From positions 1-64,000 of the forward strand of contig JBEKIW010000005.1 of the NCBI GenBank assembly GCA_050011565.1: 64,000 nucleotides of DNA, read 5' to 3'. Made by a program: the position numbers and the translations under genes. Numbering within the stretch: position 1 is the first letter of the stretch; every line of letters starts with the position of its first letter. The notes below the pieces were generated by a model, which had not been told where the DNA came from, made no database searches, and saw only the letters and a list, made by a program, of their open reading frames with translations. The DNA is from Dehalococcoidia bacterium (GTDB taxonomy: Bacteria; Chloroflexota; Dehalococcoidia; GIF9; UBA5629). Shown here piece after piece: positions 47,461 through 57,905 of the stretch.

Positions 47461-48897
47461 ATGAAAAACGTAATTCTGCACAAGTTTCTAACTCCCATGG
47501 TATTACTTATCATAGTGAGCACCGTGGCTGCCGGATGTGCTACCCAGGAGGGCACGGTCCAACAAACCATCGACCCGCAGGAGGCCCAGCAGGTCGCCTA
47601 CGATGCCACTGTCTACGGCTTCCCGCTGGTTATCATGGATCTGACCCGGCAGGTCCTCACAGCAGTCCCCGCACCCAACGCGAACGGGGCACCGGTCAAC
47701 CAGTTCGGCAATAAGAAGACATTTCCTGATGCGACTTTTACTAATGTAGTAAACCCTAATGCCGACACGCTTTATTCATCAGCCTGGGTTGATACCGCTA
47801 AAGAGCCGATTATCCTTTCGGTTCCGGATACTCAAGGTCGCTACTACCTGATGCCCATGCTTAATCTCTGGACGGATGTTTTTGGCTCGCCCGGCTCACG
47901 GACTACCGGCACCGGGGCCGGCAATTTTGCCATCACCGGCCCGGATTGGAGCGGTAATTTGCCTGACGGCATCACAGAAATGAAGTCTTCGACCAGGTGG
48001 GTGTGGATAGTCGGGCGCATCGCCTGTACCGGCCCTTCGGACTACGAGGCCGTGTGGAAACTTCAGGACCAGCTGAAGCTGACACCGCTCTCCGCCTGGG
48101 GCACCAATTATGTGCCGCCGACTAATGTCCCTGTCGACCAAGGTGTCAATATCAAAGTGTCTCCTCTCAACCAGTTGCTGACTCTAGATGCGGCCAACTA
48201 TTTCAACTATATCTGCCAGTTGATGGTTGACAACCTTCCCTACGAAGCGGATGCGCCATTACTGGCCAACCTGGCAAATATAGGCATCAAGACTGGAGCT
48301 GACTATAAATCGTATTTTGCCGGGCTGGATGACGGTGTTAAGTCAGCAATTCAAACAGGCTATCAGTCCGCTCTGGCCAAAATTCCTACAGCAAACATGG
48401 GAAACTCAAAAAATGGGTGGCAAATGGTGTACGATACGGGTGATTATGGGACTAACTATATGTTTAGGGCAGCTATAGCTTATCGGGGGCTGGGCGCTAA
48501 TTTAATTGATGATGCTTTCTATGCCTCAGCATCAGCCGGCAGCGATGGAGCTAAATTTTCCAGCGATGATAAATATGTAATTCATTTCAATAAGGATGAG
48601 ATACCACCGGTAAACGGCTTCTGGTCGATTACCATGTACAACGATAAAATTCTATTCGCAGCCAACCCGATCAATAGATACTGTCTGGGCTCTTTAAGTG
48701 ATCCACCTCTTATAAAAAATCTCGATGGCTCGATTGATATTTATATACAGCGTGATTCGCCTGACTCTGCTAAGATGCCAAATTGGCTGCCGACACCGGC
48801 CAGCGGCGATTTTTCATTGACGATTCGCCTGTACTGGCCGCAGGAGGCGGTGCTGGACAAGACCTGGGTACCTCCGGCAGTGCAATTGGTTGAATAG
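47461..48897 (+). CDS. DUF1254/DUF1214 lipoprotein
   Basis: YGFPLV, PNADTLYSSAW, GRYYLMPML, FWSITMY, NWLP, RLYWP; lipobox AAGC; AAGGAG SD. Confidence 0.9.
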   Translation: MKNVILHKFLTPMVLLIIVSTVAAGCATQEGTVQQTIDPQEAQQVAYDATVYGFPLVIMDLTRQVLTAVPAPNANGAPVNQFGNKKTFPDATFTNVVNPNADTLYSSAWVDTAKEPIILSVPDTQGRYYLMPMLNLWTDVFGSPGSRTTGTGAGNFAITGPDWSGNLPDGITEMKSSTRWVWIVGRIACTGPSDYEAVWKLQDQLKLTPLSAWGTNYVPPTNVPVDQGVNIKVSPLNQLLTLDAANYFNYICQLMVDNLPYEADAPLLANLANIGIKTGADYKSYFAGLDDGVKSAIQTGYQSALAKIPTANMGNSKNGWQMVYDTGDYGTNYMFRAAIAYRGLGANLIDDAFYASASAGSDGAKFSSDDKYVIHFNKDEIPPVNGFWSITMYNDKILFAANPINRYCLGSLSDPPLIKNLDGSIDIYIQRDSPDSAKMPNWLPTPASGDFSLTIRLYWPQEAVLDKTWVPPAVQLVE

Positions 48898-49081
48898 AGA
48901 ACTCTTAGCCCCAGCTCTTTGCAACCAACCCGATTGGGATTTTACTGTCTTCTTTATCATCTCAATCATTGTCTGTCCAATAGGTTTTCTAGTAGGGGCA
49001 ATCGGAAGCATAGTTCTCACCATCAAGAGGAATAGGCGGCTGGGTTCAGGCCAATCCAATGCCCAACGGGATACCCCATAG
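48890..49081 (+). pseudogene. Probable C-terminal fragment of a membrane protein
   Basis: Single TM VFFIISIIVCPIGFLVGAIGSIVL; weak TTG start; ends at the att-like copy. Confidence 0.4.
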
Positions 49082-49083
49082 CC

Positions 49084-49108
49084 GGTTCGAATCCTACCTC
49101 GGGAGCCA
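49084..49108 (+). repeat. tRNA-Asn 3' end copy 3
   Basis: 24/25 identity to 44518-44542. Confidence 0.9.
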
Positions 49109-49310
49109 ACTTCGCAAAATGCGCATCTTTGATACGGCACGGCATTTTCAGAATAACTGGCATTGCCTTACTAATGTACTGGACAGGTACCTTGACAGCT
49201 TAGCGTTCGTAGCCGTATGATATTGCACCGAGGCGAAAGGTTTGGGAAACAACTTATATAAAGTCGAACGCCAGGTATATTAAGAAGCCAAATCGGCAAA
49301 AGGAAATTGA

Positions 49311-51308
49311 ATGCGTAAAGTTAAAGCAACGGCGAAGAGAGACAGATTAATAATATTTATTGACTGGCTAGCGGCTCAACCTCTGTTGACTGAATTGACA
49401 TTGACAGCAATCACAGTCTTATTCGGCATGCAAGTTCTGAGAGCATTGATACCGGGCATTTACTGGATACTGGGCAGCAGAATGGGTTTGGGCTTAGTTC
49501 AGCTCGGGTTAGTCGGATTCGCCATCTTTCTCACTGGTTTTCTGTCCGGTCCGCTGAGCTGGCTTGTGGGCAATCGTCGTCTGATTATTATTAGCGTTGC
49601 CGGACTGGGTCTAGCGCGATTGTTCATGCAAGTCTCATGGGATGAGCCGCTTTTTAATTTGGGTTTAGCGATAATAGGAACAATTTTATTCGTTATCTTT
49701 CTGCCGACGTGCTTTGAAGACGCACGTCTTCGTGGTAGCGCCTCTGTCTCCCGCTATGCGCTGGGACTTCTAGGGGGCTTGGCACTGGATACGGCCATCA
49801 ATGGTGCTTTTGGTACATTTGACATCGTCTGGCAGGCCAAGCTATTACCTGTATTACTAACATTGCTAATATTCGTTATTCAACTTGTGCTCCTGATTGG
49901 CATTGCACCGGCAATCTACAGTGTGTCGACAAAATCATCGGCCACGGCGACCGGCCCAATTTCTCTGGCACGTTCATTTACCTGGCTGGCTATCGGACCT
50001 TTCCTGTTCCTGGAACTGGTAGTTTTCCAGAACATACCACGTGTGGCAACGCTAACCAATTGGCCGTTGCCAATGGCATTCGGACTAACGCTATTAGCCC
50101 AATTAGCGGGCATGGCCACCGCTATCCTGGTTATTACTAAAAACTGGCGAATGTTATGGCCCTGGGCGCTTGGCGCCGGTGTCATCCTAATAGCAACTCT
50201 GGTGTTTGCCTACCAGCAGCCTGCTACGCTGATAGCTATACTGTTTCTTATCGGGCAGGTGCTGGTATCGTCTATTATAACCATGGTTTTGGTAGGCATC
50301 GCTTCCAACACGGGCAAAACCAGGCAGTCCAGTCTATGGATTGCCAATGGCATCGGCATGATTCTGTTTGCTCTGCTCATAATTGCCTACTATGCTGTTT
50401 ACAGTGTGAAGCTTCCCTACCACAACCCCATTATTGAACTCATAGCTGGTGGTATCATCGCTGTCTGTGCTATAGGTGCCGTAATCTTCGGGCAACAAAA
50501 GATGAAGGTGGACACGAAGCTGTGGGCGATGTCGACATTTGCACTGATTCTTTTGGCGTTGCCCCTGGCTCAAATGGTCACCTGGCGTACACCCAGTGCA
50601 GCTACTGGCCAGGGATTGCCCGTAAGTGTGATGACCTATAACTTGAACAATGGCTTTAACCTCAAGGGTAAACTCGACATAGATGAAATCGCTAAAGTAA
50701 TTGAAAGTAACAGACCTGATATCGTCGCTCTGCAGGAAGTATCCAGAGGCTCCGTTGTAAATGGCCGATTGGATATGCTGGCATACTTATCTTACCGGTT
50801 GCATATGCCGTATATTTTTGGTCCGACAGCTGGCCATTTCTGGGGCAATGCCATACTGAGCCGTTACCCAATAGTGGCATATTCAACAGAAAACCTAACA
50901 TCCTCCGAGTCATTAATAGATGGCGGCTTTATCGTAGCACTGATAGACTTGGGAGCTAACCAACAAATCAAGGTTATCGCTACACAATTCGATAATGTGG
51001 AATTGAACACAGAAATTCACCAGCAACAGGCTCAGACGATCATCGATTTCTGGGGAGGACTTCTCGGTACAATACTTCTAGGCGACTTCAGCGCACAATC
51101 TACAAGCCAAGAATTACTTAAATTGCGCCAAGCTAATCTTAAAGACTCTACGATGGGATGGAATGCCGCAAATACTTATCCTTCAAACAATCCAAAGGAA
51201 AGGATAGATTACATCTTGACATCGGCCGACCTCACTGCGAGCGATGTCGGGGTGCTGTCAAGCACTGCCTCGGACCATCTACCTGTCGTCGCCGTGATAA
51301 AAAAGTGA
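49311..51308 (+). CDS. Multi-TM protein with C-terminal endonuclease/exonuclease/phosphatase domain
   Basis: Many TM helices; MTYN, ALQEV, GNAILSRYP, RIDYI, SDH. Confidence 0.85.
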   Translation: MRKVKATAKRDRLIIFIDWLAAQPLLTELTLTAITVLFGMQVLRALIPGIYWILGSRMGLGLVQLGLVGFAIFLTGFLSGPLSWLVGNRRLIIISVAGLGLARLFMQVSWDEPLFNLGLAIIGTILFVIFLPTCFEDARLRGSASVSRYALGLLGGLALDTAINGAFGTFDIVWQAKLLPVLLTLLIFVIQLVLLIGIAPAIYSVSTKSSATATGPISLARSFTWLAIGPFLFLELVVFQNIPRVATLTNWPLPMAFGLTLLAQLAGMATAILVITKNWRMLWPWALGAGVILIATLVFAYQQPATLIAILFLIGQVLVSSIITMVLVGIASNTGKTRQSSLWIANGIGMILFALLIIAYYAVYSVKLPYHNPIIELIAGGIIAVCAIGAVIFGQQKMKVDTKLWAMSTFALILLALPLAQMVTWRTPSAATGQGLPVSVMTYNLNNGFNLKGKLDIDEIAKVIESNRPDIVALQEVSRGSVVNGRLDMLAYLSYRLHMPYIFGPTAGHFWGNAILSRYPIVAYSTENLTSSESLIDGGFIVALIDLGANQQIKVIATQFDNVELNTEIHQQQAQTIIDFWGGLLGTILLGDFSAQSTSQELLKLRQANLKDSTMGWNAANTYPSNNPKERIDYILTSADLTASDVGVLSSTASDHLPVVAVIKK

Positions 51309-51327
51309 ACGCCACGGAGGTTGGATT

Positions 51328-52416
51328 ATGGACATAATTGAACTCCTTAAGTTAATGGTAGAAAAAAGAGCCTCGGATCTGCATGTCAGGGTACCCAGCC
51401 CCCCGGTATTGCGAGTTGACGGTGAGCTTTTGCCGCTCAATAACTTGCCTCAGGCCACAATGGAAGATATTGAGACAGCCTTCGATTATATTACTACTCC
51501 CGAGCAGAGAAATCGCTTCCATCTGGAAAAGGAGCTTGACTTCGCCTACAGCGTCCCGGGATTGGCTCGATTCCGGGTGAGCGTAATGCGGCAAAGGGGA
51601 ACAATAAGCCTTGCCTTCCGCCTGGTACCATTTAAGGTCTTCACCATCGATGAACTGGCGCTGCCTGAAATTTGTAAGGAGCTTATTCTCAAGCCGAGAG
51701 GACTTATCCTGGTTACCGGCCCGACAGGTAGCGGAAAATCCACCACTATGGCTGCTATGCTTAATTTCCTCAATGAAAGTATGGCACGCAATGTAATCAC
51801 TATCGAGGATCCGATTGAATACCTGCACCCCAATATCAAATGCATAATAGCTCAGCGAGACCTTGGCGACGATACTAAGGGGTTTGATGTTGCCTTAGTC
51901 CATGCCCTGCGCCACGACCCTGATGTCATCGTAGTCGGTGAGCTTAGGGATCTGGAAACTGTACAGACGGCAATGAGGGCTGCTGAAACCGGTCACGTGG
52001 TGATGGGCACATTGCATACCACAGATGCTCCGCAGACCGTCGACCGTATAATCGATATATTCCCACCTAACCAGCAACCTCAAATCAGACTGCAATTCTC
52101 ACAGGTAATAGTCGCCGTATTATCTCAGACCCTGCTACCACGAGCTTCGGGCCGAGGCAGGATAGCGGCTTTTGAGATTATGACCGGCAATTCAGCAGTT
52201 AAAAACCTTGTTCGGGAAGGCAAAACCTACGAGCTGCATAGCGTGATGCAACTCAGTTCTGCAGAAAACATGCAAACTCTCGACCAGGCGCTGGCTGACC
52301 TGGTAAGAAAGAAAATAGTCACTTTGGAAGAAGCCAAGATGAAAAGCAGCCACCCGGACCGGCTCAAAAAACTGCTTGAATTTCAGCCGTATACTACTGC
52401 TTCGGCCAAGCGTTAA
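51328..52416 (+). CDS. pilT: PilT/PilU family ATPase
   Basis: ASDLH, GPTGSGKST, EDPIE, AETGH..GTLHT. Confidence 0.9.
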   Translation: MDIIELLKLMVEKRASDLHVRVPSPPVLRVDGELLPLNNLPQATMEDIETAFDYITTPEQRNRFHLEKELDFAYSVPGLARFRVSVMRQRGTISLAFRLVPFKVFTIDELALPEICKELILKPRGLILVTGPTGSGKSTTMAAMLNFLNESMARNVITIEDPIEYLHPNIKCIIAQRDLGDDTKGFDVALVHALRHDPDVIVVGELRDLETVQTAMRAAETGHVVMGTLHTTDAPQTVDRIIDIFPPNQQPQIRLQFSQVIVAVLSQTLLPRASGRGRIAAFEIMTGNSAVKNLVREGKTYELHSVMQLSSAENMQTLDQALADLVRKKIVTLEEAKMKSSHPDRLKKLLEFQPYTTASAKR

Positions 52417-52498
52417 CCAAAGTACCCCGCCAAACCAAAGTGCCTACTCGAACAGCATTTTGACAGCTTTCTTATATGCAGCCTTGCAATAGCTAAGC

Positions 52499-54553
52499 CT
52501 ACTTAACCAGTTGTGCTGCCACCAGCTCAGCGATATCTTGAGCCTTAAGCGATTCTTCTACACCTTTTGCCTTTATAGCATCTTCAAACATCTGCAGACA
52601 ATAAGGGCAAGCTGAAGCCACTATGTCAGCCCTGGTATTGATGACATCTTCAAGTCGCTCCTCGCTTATCCGCTTGCCAATACGCTCTTCCATCCAGTAG
52701 CGCCCACCTCCACCGCCACAGCAGAATCCGTTACGCCTGGCCCGCTTCATCTCCAGCAGTTTGGCGGGCGACATACCGGCCAATACTTGTCTCGGAGTCT
52801 CATAAATATCGTTGTGCCGGCCCAGGTAGCAAGAATCATGATATGTTAGTTTGCTATTGCTCATTGAAGCCGGTTTAATCTTACCCTGCTTCATTAAATC
52901 GGCAATAAACTGGGTATGATGGATGACCTCAAATTCGCCTCCAAACTGAGGGTATTCGTTCTTAACAGTATTAAAACAATGCGGGCAACTGGTGACTATC
53001 TTCTTTATATTGTACTTCTTAAATGTTTCGATGTTTTTGGCCGCCTGCATCTGGAAAAGGTATTCATTACCCAGCCTTCTCGCCGGCTCGCCGCAGCAAG
53101 TCTCTTCAGTGCCGAGGGTGGCAAACTTAACATCGGCAGCTTTCAATATCTTGCCCACGGCAATGGCTATCTTCATGCTTCTATCTTCCAAAGCCGAGGC
53201 GCAACCCACATAATAAATAAAGTCAACGTTGCTATCCTCAGACATAAGCTTTATATCCAGTCCGCTCGTCCAGTCTGTCCGGGTGAGCGTAGTTCCCCTA
53301 CAGCTGTGGCCTCTCGTCTCAATGCATCTCAATGCGGCTTCACCGGTCTCGGGTATTGTGGCTTTTTCTAAAACCAGGTTGCGGCGCATGTCAATCATCT
53401 TATCAATGTGTTCAATATAGACCGGGCATATTTCCTGGCAAGCACGGCAGGTAGTGCATGCCCAAAGCTCATCCTCCAATATCACCTCACCGGCTACGGC
53501 CTTGACTCCACCGCCGTCAGTAGGAGTTACTGTCTTGGGGGCCAATAAGGCGCTACGTCTCTCCAGCAAATGAGCTTTCAGGTCCTGTATCACCTTTCGC
53601 GGCGACAAAGGCTTACCTGTAAGGTAGGCCGGACATCTATCCTGACACCGGCCGCAGTTAGTACAGGCATCCAGATCAAGGAGCTGTTTCCAGGTAAAAT
53701 CCTGAATCTTAGCGGCGCCGAAGGTCTCAGCTTCTTCTATGTTAATCGGCGCCAATGCTCCTTTGGGCCGAGACGACTTAAAAAACACATTGATCGGCGA
53801 CACAATGATATGAGTCAGATTATCGAATGAAAAACATACGTAGAAAATGGCTCCCAGCGCCAGGGCAGCATGAAACCACCAGAGGCCGACATATGTAGAC
53901 AACCTGACAGCCTGAGGTAAGCCGGCGAAAAGACCGGCTACGAAATAGCCGCCGAATGACCATCTAGACCATTCCGGATGAATATAAAACTCAGGTTGTG
54001 TCAAACCGTCAGGGGTAGCCGTCAACATGCGGAAACCTTCAATAAAGTAACCAGTGATCACGACAACAAAAATCAGGGTCAGGACAACACTATTATCCAG
54101 CACCGTGTTTAGTCTTTCCGGCTTCTGGATATACCGGCGAACTAATGCCAAGATGCCGCCAACCAGCATAAATACCCCACCCACATCCATGGCAAAACCA
54201 AGGCCCAAATAGACATTCCCGCTTACAAAATGATATACATAGTGGTCTATAACATCCAGACCTGTACCGATCAGCAGAATACTGCCGCCGGCGAAGAGAA
54301 GAAAATGCATAATTCCGGGATACGCTTCACGGAAGAACCGCCTGTGGAAAAGACCGTCAATAAATCCGACAACTATGAAATTCCAAATTCTCTTGCCTAA
54401 ATTGTCCCATCGCTTGTCCGGCTTACCGACTCTCCATAAGCGCGTTCGGTTATATAGAGCATAAATAAAAATCCCCAGAGCCGCGGCACCCAGCGGATAC
54501 AAGACAAGAGGCCCAAAGGAGATGTTCCAGAAGATTTCACGAAATGCTTGCAT
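52499..54553 (-). CDS. Membrane-bound heterodisulfide-reductase-related Fe-S oxidoreductase (FadF-like)
   Basis: TM domain, CTNCGRC..CP, CTTCRAC..CP, two CCG domains. Confidence 0.88.
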   Translation of the reverse strand: MQAFREIFWNISFGPLVLYPLGAAALGIFIYALYNRTRLWRVGKPDKRWDNLGKRIWNFIVVGFIDGLFHRRFFREAYPGIMHFLLFAGGSILLIGTGLDVIDHYVYHFVSGNVYLGLGFAMDVGGVFMLVGGILALVRRYIQKPERLNTVLDNSVVLTLIFVVVITGYFIEGFRMLTATPDGLTQPEFYIHPEWSRWSFGGYFVAGLFAGLPQAVRLSTYVGLWWFHAALALGAIFYVCFSFDNLTHIIVSPINVFFKSSRPKGALAPINIEEAETFGAAKIQDFTWKQLLDLDACTNCGRCQDRCPAYLTGKPLSPRKVIQDLKAHLLERRSALLAPKTVTPTDGGGVKAVAGEVILEDELWACTTCRACQEICPVYIEHIDKMIDMRRNLVLEKATIPETGEAALRCIETRGHSCRGTTLTRTDWTSGLDIKLMSEDSNVDFIYYVGCASALEDRSMKIAIAVGKILKAADVKFATLGTEETCCGEPARRLGNEYLFQMQAAKNIETFKKYNIKKIVTSCPHCFNTVKNEYPQFGGEFEVIHHTQFIADLMKQGKIKPASMSNSKLTYHDSCYLGRHNDIYETPRQVLAGMSPAKLLEMKRARRNGFCCGGGGGRYWMEERIGKRISEERLEDVINTRADIVASACPYCLQMFEDAIKAKGVEESLKAQDIAELVAAQLVK

Positions 54554-54595
54554 GTTTACCAGTTCCTCCTTGTACGTAGTTTATCGGAATGTAAG

Positions 54596-55447
54596 TTAAT
54601 GTTGTTTCAGCAATTCAAGACTACGTTTGCTGGCCAGGGCAAACAACTGCTCGACGGAACTAGCCGGACTAATCGCCCTACCCATTTCAACTTCCAAACT
54701 ATCTCCAAAAGCATGATAATCGGTGCCGCCCGTGGTAATAAGGTCATATTGCTCGGCAATCCGAGCTAGCCTGGCAACAATCTCCGAGCCGTAATCACGA
54801 TAATAAACTTCCAGGCCTACCAAACCAACTGCCTTCAATTTCGGAACAAGCTCATCTAAGTCAGCTATATCTGCCGGGTGTGCCAGGACAGGCAAGCCTT
54901 GAGCGTCTAAAATCATCTTCACTACTTCAGCAGGGAGCAATTTGTATCTTTCCACATAAGCCGGACCGTTATGGCCGATGTATTTGTCAAAAGCTTCCTT
55001 CTCTGAGCGCACGTAGCCTTTCTCAAACAAAGCTTGAGAAATATGAGGCCGGCCAACTGTACCGCCCTGGGCTAACTCACTGACCCGTTGCCAATCAATC
55101 TTCATGCCCAGGTCACTTAGTTTAGCAACCATCTTTTGTGCTCTTTCACGTCGTGAATCGCGCAACTTTTGTAAAGTAGCAGCCAACTTCTTGTCGGTAT
55201 AATCAATGAAATAGCCTAAGATATGAACTTCACCCAGAGCCACATCTGTATTAATCTCGACACCTGGGATTACCCTTAATGAATGAGAGGCTGACGCCGC
55301 ATCCAGGGCCGGCACCACGCCGTCTATCGTATCGTGGTCGGTGACAGCGATAACATCAAGGCCAACTCTTATTGCCATAGCTACAATCTCTTTAGGCTCC
55401 AGGCGCCCGTCAGATGCAGTGGTATGTAGATGCAAGTCAGCTTTCAC
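54596..55447 (-). CDS. PHP-domain phosphoesterase (TrpH/YciV-like)
   Basis: DLHLHT.SDG, TDHD, GRPH, AHP, GGTDYH. Confidence 0.9.
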   Translation of the reverse strand: MKADLHLHTTASDGRLEPKEIVAMAIRVGLDVIAVTDHDTIDGVVPALDAASASHSLRVIPGVEINTDVALGEVHILGYFIDYTDKKLAATLQKLRDSRRERAQKMVAKLSDLGMKIDWQRVSELAQGGTVGRPHISQALFEKGYVRSEKEAFDKYIGHNGPAYVERYKLLPAEVVKMILDAQGLPVLAHPADIADLDELVPKLKAVGLVGLEVYYRDYGSEIVARLARIAEQYDLITTGGTDYHAFGDSLEVEMGRAISPASSVEQLFALASKRSLELLKQH

Positions 55448-55449
55448 TA

Positions 55450-56214
55450 TTATTCTTTCAGGTGTATCCGTTTTATATTTAGAGCCCTTCCTGTAGCCTC
55501 GTCGACCTCGACTATTATAGCATCAAACGTCACAGCTCCCTCACTTACAAAGAACCTGTGAGGCATTCCAGTGAGAAAGCTCCTGATTGCTGATTGAGTA
55601 TCCACACCTATAACTGAATCAGCAGGTCCAACCATGCCTACGTCGGTAACGTAAGCTGTTCCCTTAGGCAGGATATAAGCATCAGCTGTAGCTACATGGG
55701 TATGCGTACCAAGCATGGCGCTTACTCTGCCATCCAGATACCTGCCCATAGCCACCTTCTCTGAGGTAGCCTCGGCATGAAAATCAACTATAATGACCTT
55801 AGATTCAGTCTGGCTTTCCGAAAGCAAGCAGTCTATAGTCCTGAAAGGGCAATCGTATTGTCCAATGAAAACACGACCTATGAGATTGATTATTAGAGCA
55901 CCCTTCATTTCCAGGAAACCTCGACCCGGCGCCGTCGGCGGGAAATTCAAAGGGCGAATAATCGGCAACTCACCATCCAGATGAGGAATAATCTCCTTCT
56001 TAGCCCATACGTGGTTACCGGTAGTTATCACGTCAACGCCGCAATCGCATAGCTCTTTGGTTGTATCCGGCGTAATGCCGATGCCACCAGCGGTATTTTC
56101 ACCATTTGCTATAACAAGGCCAAGCTCATAATCATGAATCAGGCCTGGCAAAAATCGCTGCACCGCCCTTCTGCCAGGCCTTCCGACTACATCGCCTATC
56201 ATCAATATACGCAA
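55450..56214 (-). CDS. ymdB: YmdB/TIGR00282 metallophosphoesterase
   Basis: GDVVG, NGEN, GNH, DFHAEATSEK, GTHTHV. Confidence 0.92.
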   Translation of the reverse strand: MRILMIGDVVGRPGRRAVQRFLPGLIHDYELGLVIANGENTAGGIGITPDTTKELCDCGVDVITTGNHVWAKKEIIPHLDGELPIIRPLNFPPTAPGRGFLEMKGALIINLIGRVFIGQYDCPFRTIDCLLSESQTESKVIIVDFHAEATSEKVAMGRYLDGRVSAMLGTHTHVATADAYILPKGTAYVTDVGMVGPADSVIGVDTQSAIRSFLTGMPHRFFVSEGAVTFDAIIVEVDEATGRALNIKRIHLKE

Positions 56215-56251
56215 TACGGTTCCTTGTGATGATATTGCTGTTGCTTACTTC

Positions 56252-57787
56252 TTACTTAGCATAGTCTACTGCCCGAGTCTCCCGCATCACAGTTACTTTA
56301 ATTTGCCCCGGATACGCCAGAGTATCCTCTATTTTCTTAACTATATCACGAGCCAATCTCATAGCTCCAAGGTCGTCCACCTGCTCCGGCTTGACCAAAA
56401 TACGCACTTCACGGCCGGCTTGAATGGCGAAGGCTTTTTCAACTCCAGGGAAACTATTAGCCACACTTTCAAGAGCCTCAATACGTTTTAAATACTGCTC
56501 CAGTGATTCACGTCGAGCTCCTAATCTTGACCCGCTTATGGCATCAGCGGTAGCAATTATAAAACCCAGCGCACTGGTAGTTGTAGCTTCGCCATGGTGT
56601 TCAGATACAGCTTGAGCCACTTCAGCCGATTTGTCCCACTGCTTGACCAGGTCGGCACCTATCGAAGCATGAGTCCCTTCTACCTGATGGTCCACAGCCT
56701 TACCAATATCATGAAGCAGGCCGGCTTTCTTAGCCACAGTTGCATCAGCACCGATCTCAGCTGCCAGCATTCCGGCAAAATAAGCAACCTCAAGGCTGTG
56801 AGTTAATACATTTTGCCCATAGCTGCTTCGAAACTTGAGTTTACCGATTAATCTTATAAGCTCCGGATGCAATCCCATTACGCCGACTTCACGTACCGCC
56901 CGCTCTCCCTCGTTGCGAATTGCAGCCTCAACCTCATTCTTTGCCTTCTCCACAACTTCCTCTATTCGGGCTGGATGAATTCGCCCATCCAGGATAAGGT
57001 TGTTTAAAGCCACTCTTGCCACCTCACGCCTGAGCGGGTCGAAGCTGGAGATTGTCACTGCTTCCGGCGTATCGTCGATGACCAGGTCCACGCCGGTGGC
57101 TTGCTCCAAAGCTCTGATATTGCGGCCCTCGCGGCCAATAAGCCGCCCTTTCATCTCATCACTCGGTAGAGAAACTACGGAAACAGTCGTCTCCGATACT
57201 ACATCGGTGGCACAACGTTGGATGGAGGTGGACAGGATCTCACGAGACTTCTCGTCAATTTCATCTTTTATCCGTGATTCCCAGTCCCGAACGCGTCGTG
57301 ATGCTTCGTCACGGATTTCTACCTCGATAGCTCGAAGCAATTCCTGTTTGGCTTCATCACTTGAAATGCCGGAGATTAGTTCTAGTCGTTGAAGCTGCTT
57401 AGCCTTTATTTCATCGAGTTGAAGCTTGACAGCCTCGATTTCCCTCTCTTGATTGGACAAACCGCGTTCGCGGCGATCCAAACCCTCCAGCTTGTGTTCT
57501 AGCTTCTCTTCCTTCTGAGTGAAACGTCTTTCAAGTCTCTGTAACTCAAAACGTCGCTCTCGACTATCGGCTTCGGCAGCAGCTCTAACTTTTATAGCCT
57601 CTTCTCTGGCTTTCTGGAGCATATCCGCATGTGCTGCTGATGCCTCTTCCAGTAATCGTTTAGCTTCATTTTGATTTCTGCGGAGCTGCTGATTGGCTAA
57701 TATCTGTCTCGCAAAATAGCCCGAAAGTAGACCCACAAGAAGAACAAGCCCAACTACAACAAAATACATCGTTGCAGAAACAACCAT
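56252..57787 (-). CDS. rny: Ribonuclease Y
   Basis: TM anchor, coiled coil, [22 protein letters not shown]. Confidence 0.96.
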   Translation of the reverse strand: MVVSATMYFVVVGLVLLVGLLSGYFARQILANQQLRRNQNEAKRLLEEASAAHADMLQKAREEAIKVRAAAEADSRERRFELQRLERRFTQKEEKLEHKLEGLDRRERGLSNQEREIEAVKLQLDEIKAKQLQRLELISGISSDEAKQELLRAIEVEIRDEASRRVRDWESRIKDEIDEKSREILSTSIQRCATDVVSETTVSVVSLPSDEMKGRLIGREGRNIRALEQATGVDLVIDDTPEAVTISSFDPLRREVARVALNNLILDGRIHPARIEEVVEKAKNEVEAAIRNEGERAVREVGVMGLHPELIRLIGKLKFRSSYGQNVLTHSLEVAYFAGMLAAEIGADATVAKKAGLLHDIGKAVDHQVEGTHASIGADLVKQWDKSAEVAQAVSEHHGEATTTSALGFIIATADAISGSRLGARRESLEQYLKRIEALESVANSFPGVEKAFAIQAGREVRILVKPEQVDDLGAMRLARDIVKKIEDTLAYPGQIKVTVMRETRAVDYAK

Positions 57788-57905
57788 TTAACTGCCTCAC
57801 TTTCCTAAAACACCACATAATCATGATGTAAAAATGTCCTAAATTATCCCCCTTATAGTAATCCTTCGCCAAGCTGGTGTCAAACAAATGTCCTATTCGA
57901 AATTA

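Larger units (their letters stand above)
44543..49108. mobile_element. Tandem array of three integrase-free cassettes at tRNA-Asn
   Basis: Three downstream copies of the tRNA 3' end separate unrelated cargo. Confidence 0.75.

Noticed and set aside
44508-49108. CRISPR array interpretation of the ~30-nt repeats
   Set aside because: The repeats are tRNA 3' ends separated by 0.8-2 kb of genes; no cas genes
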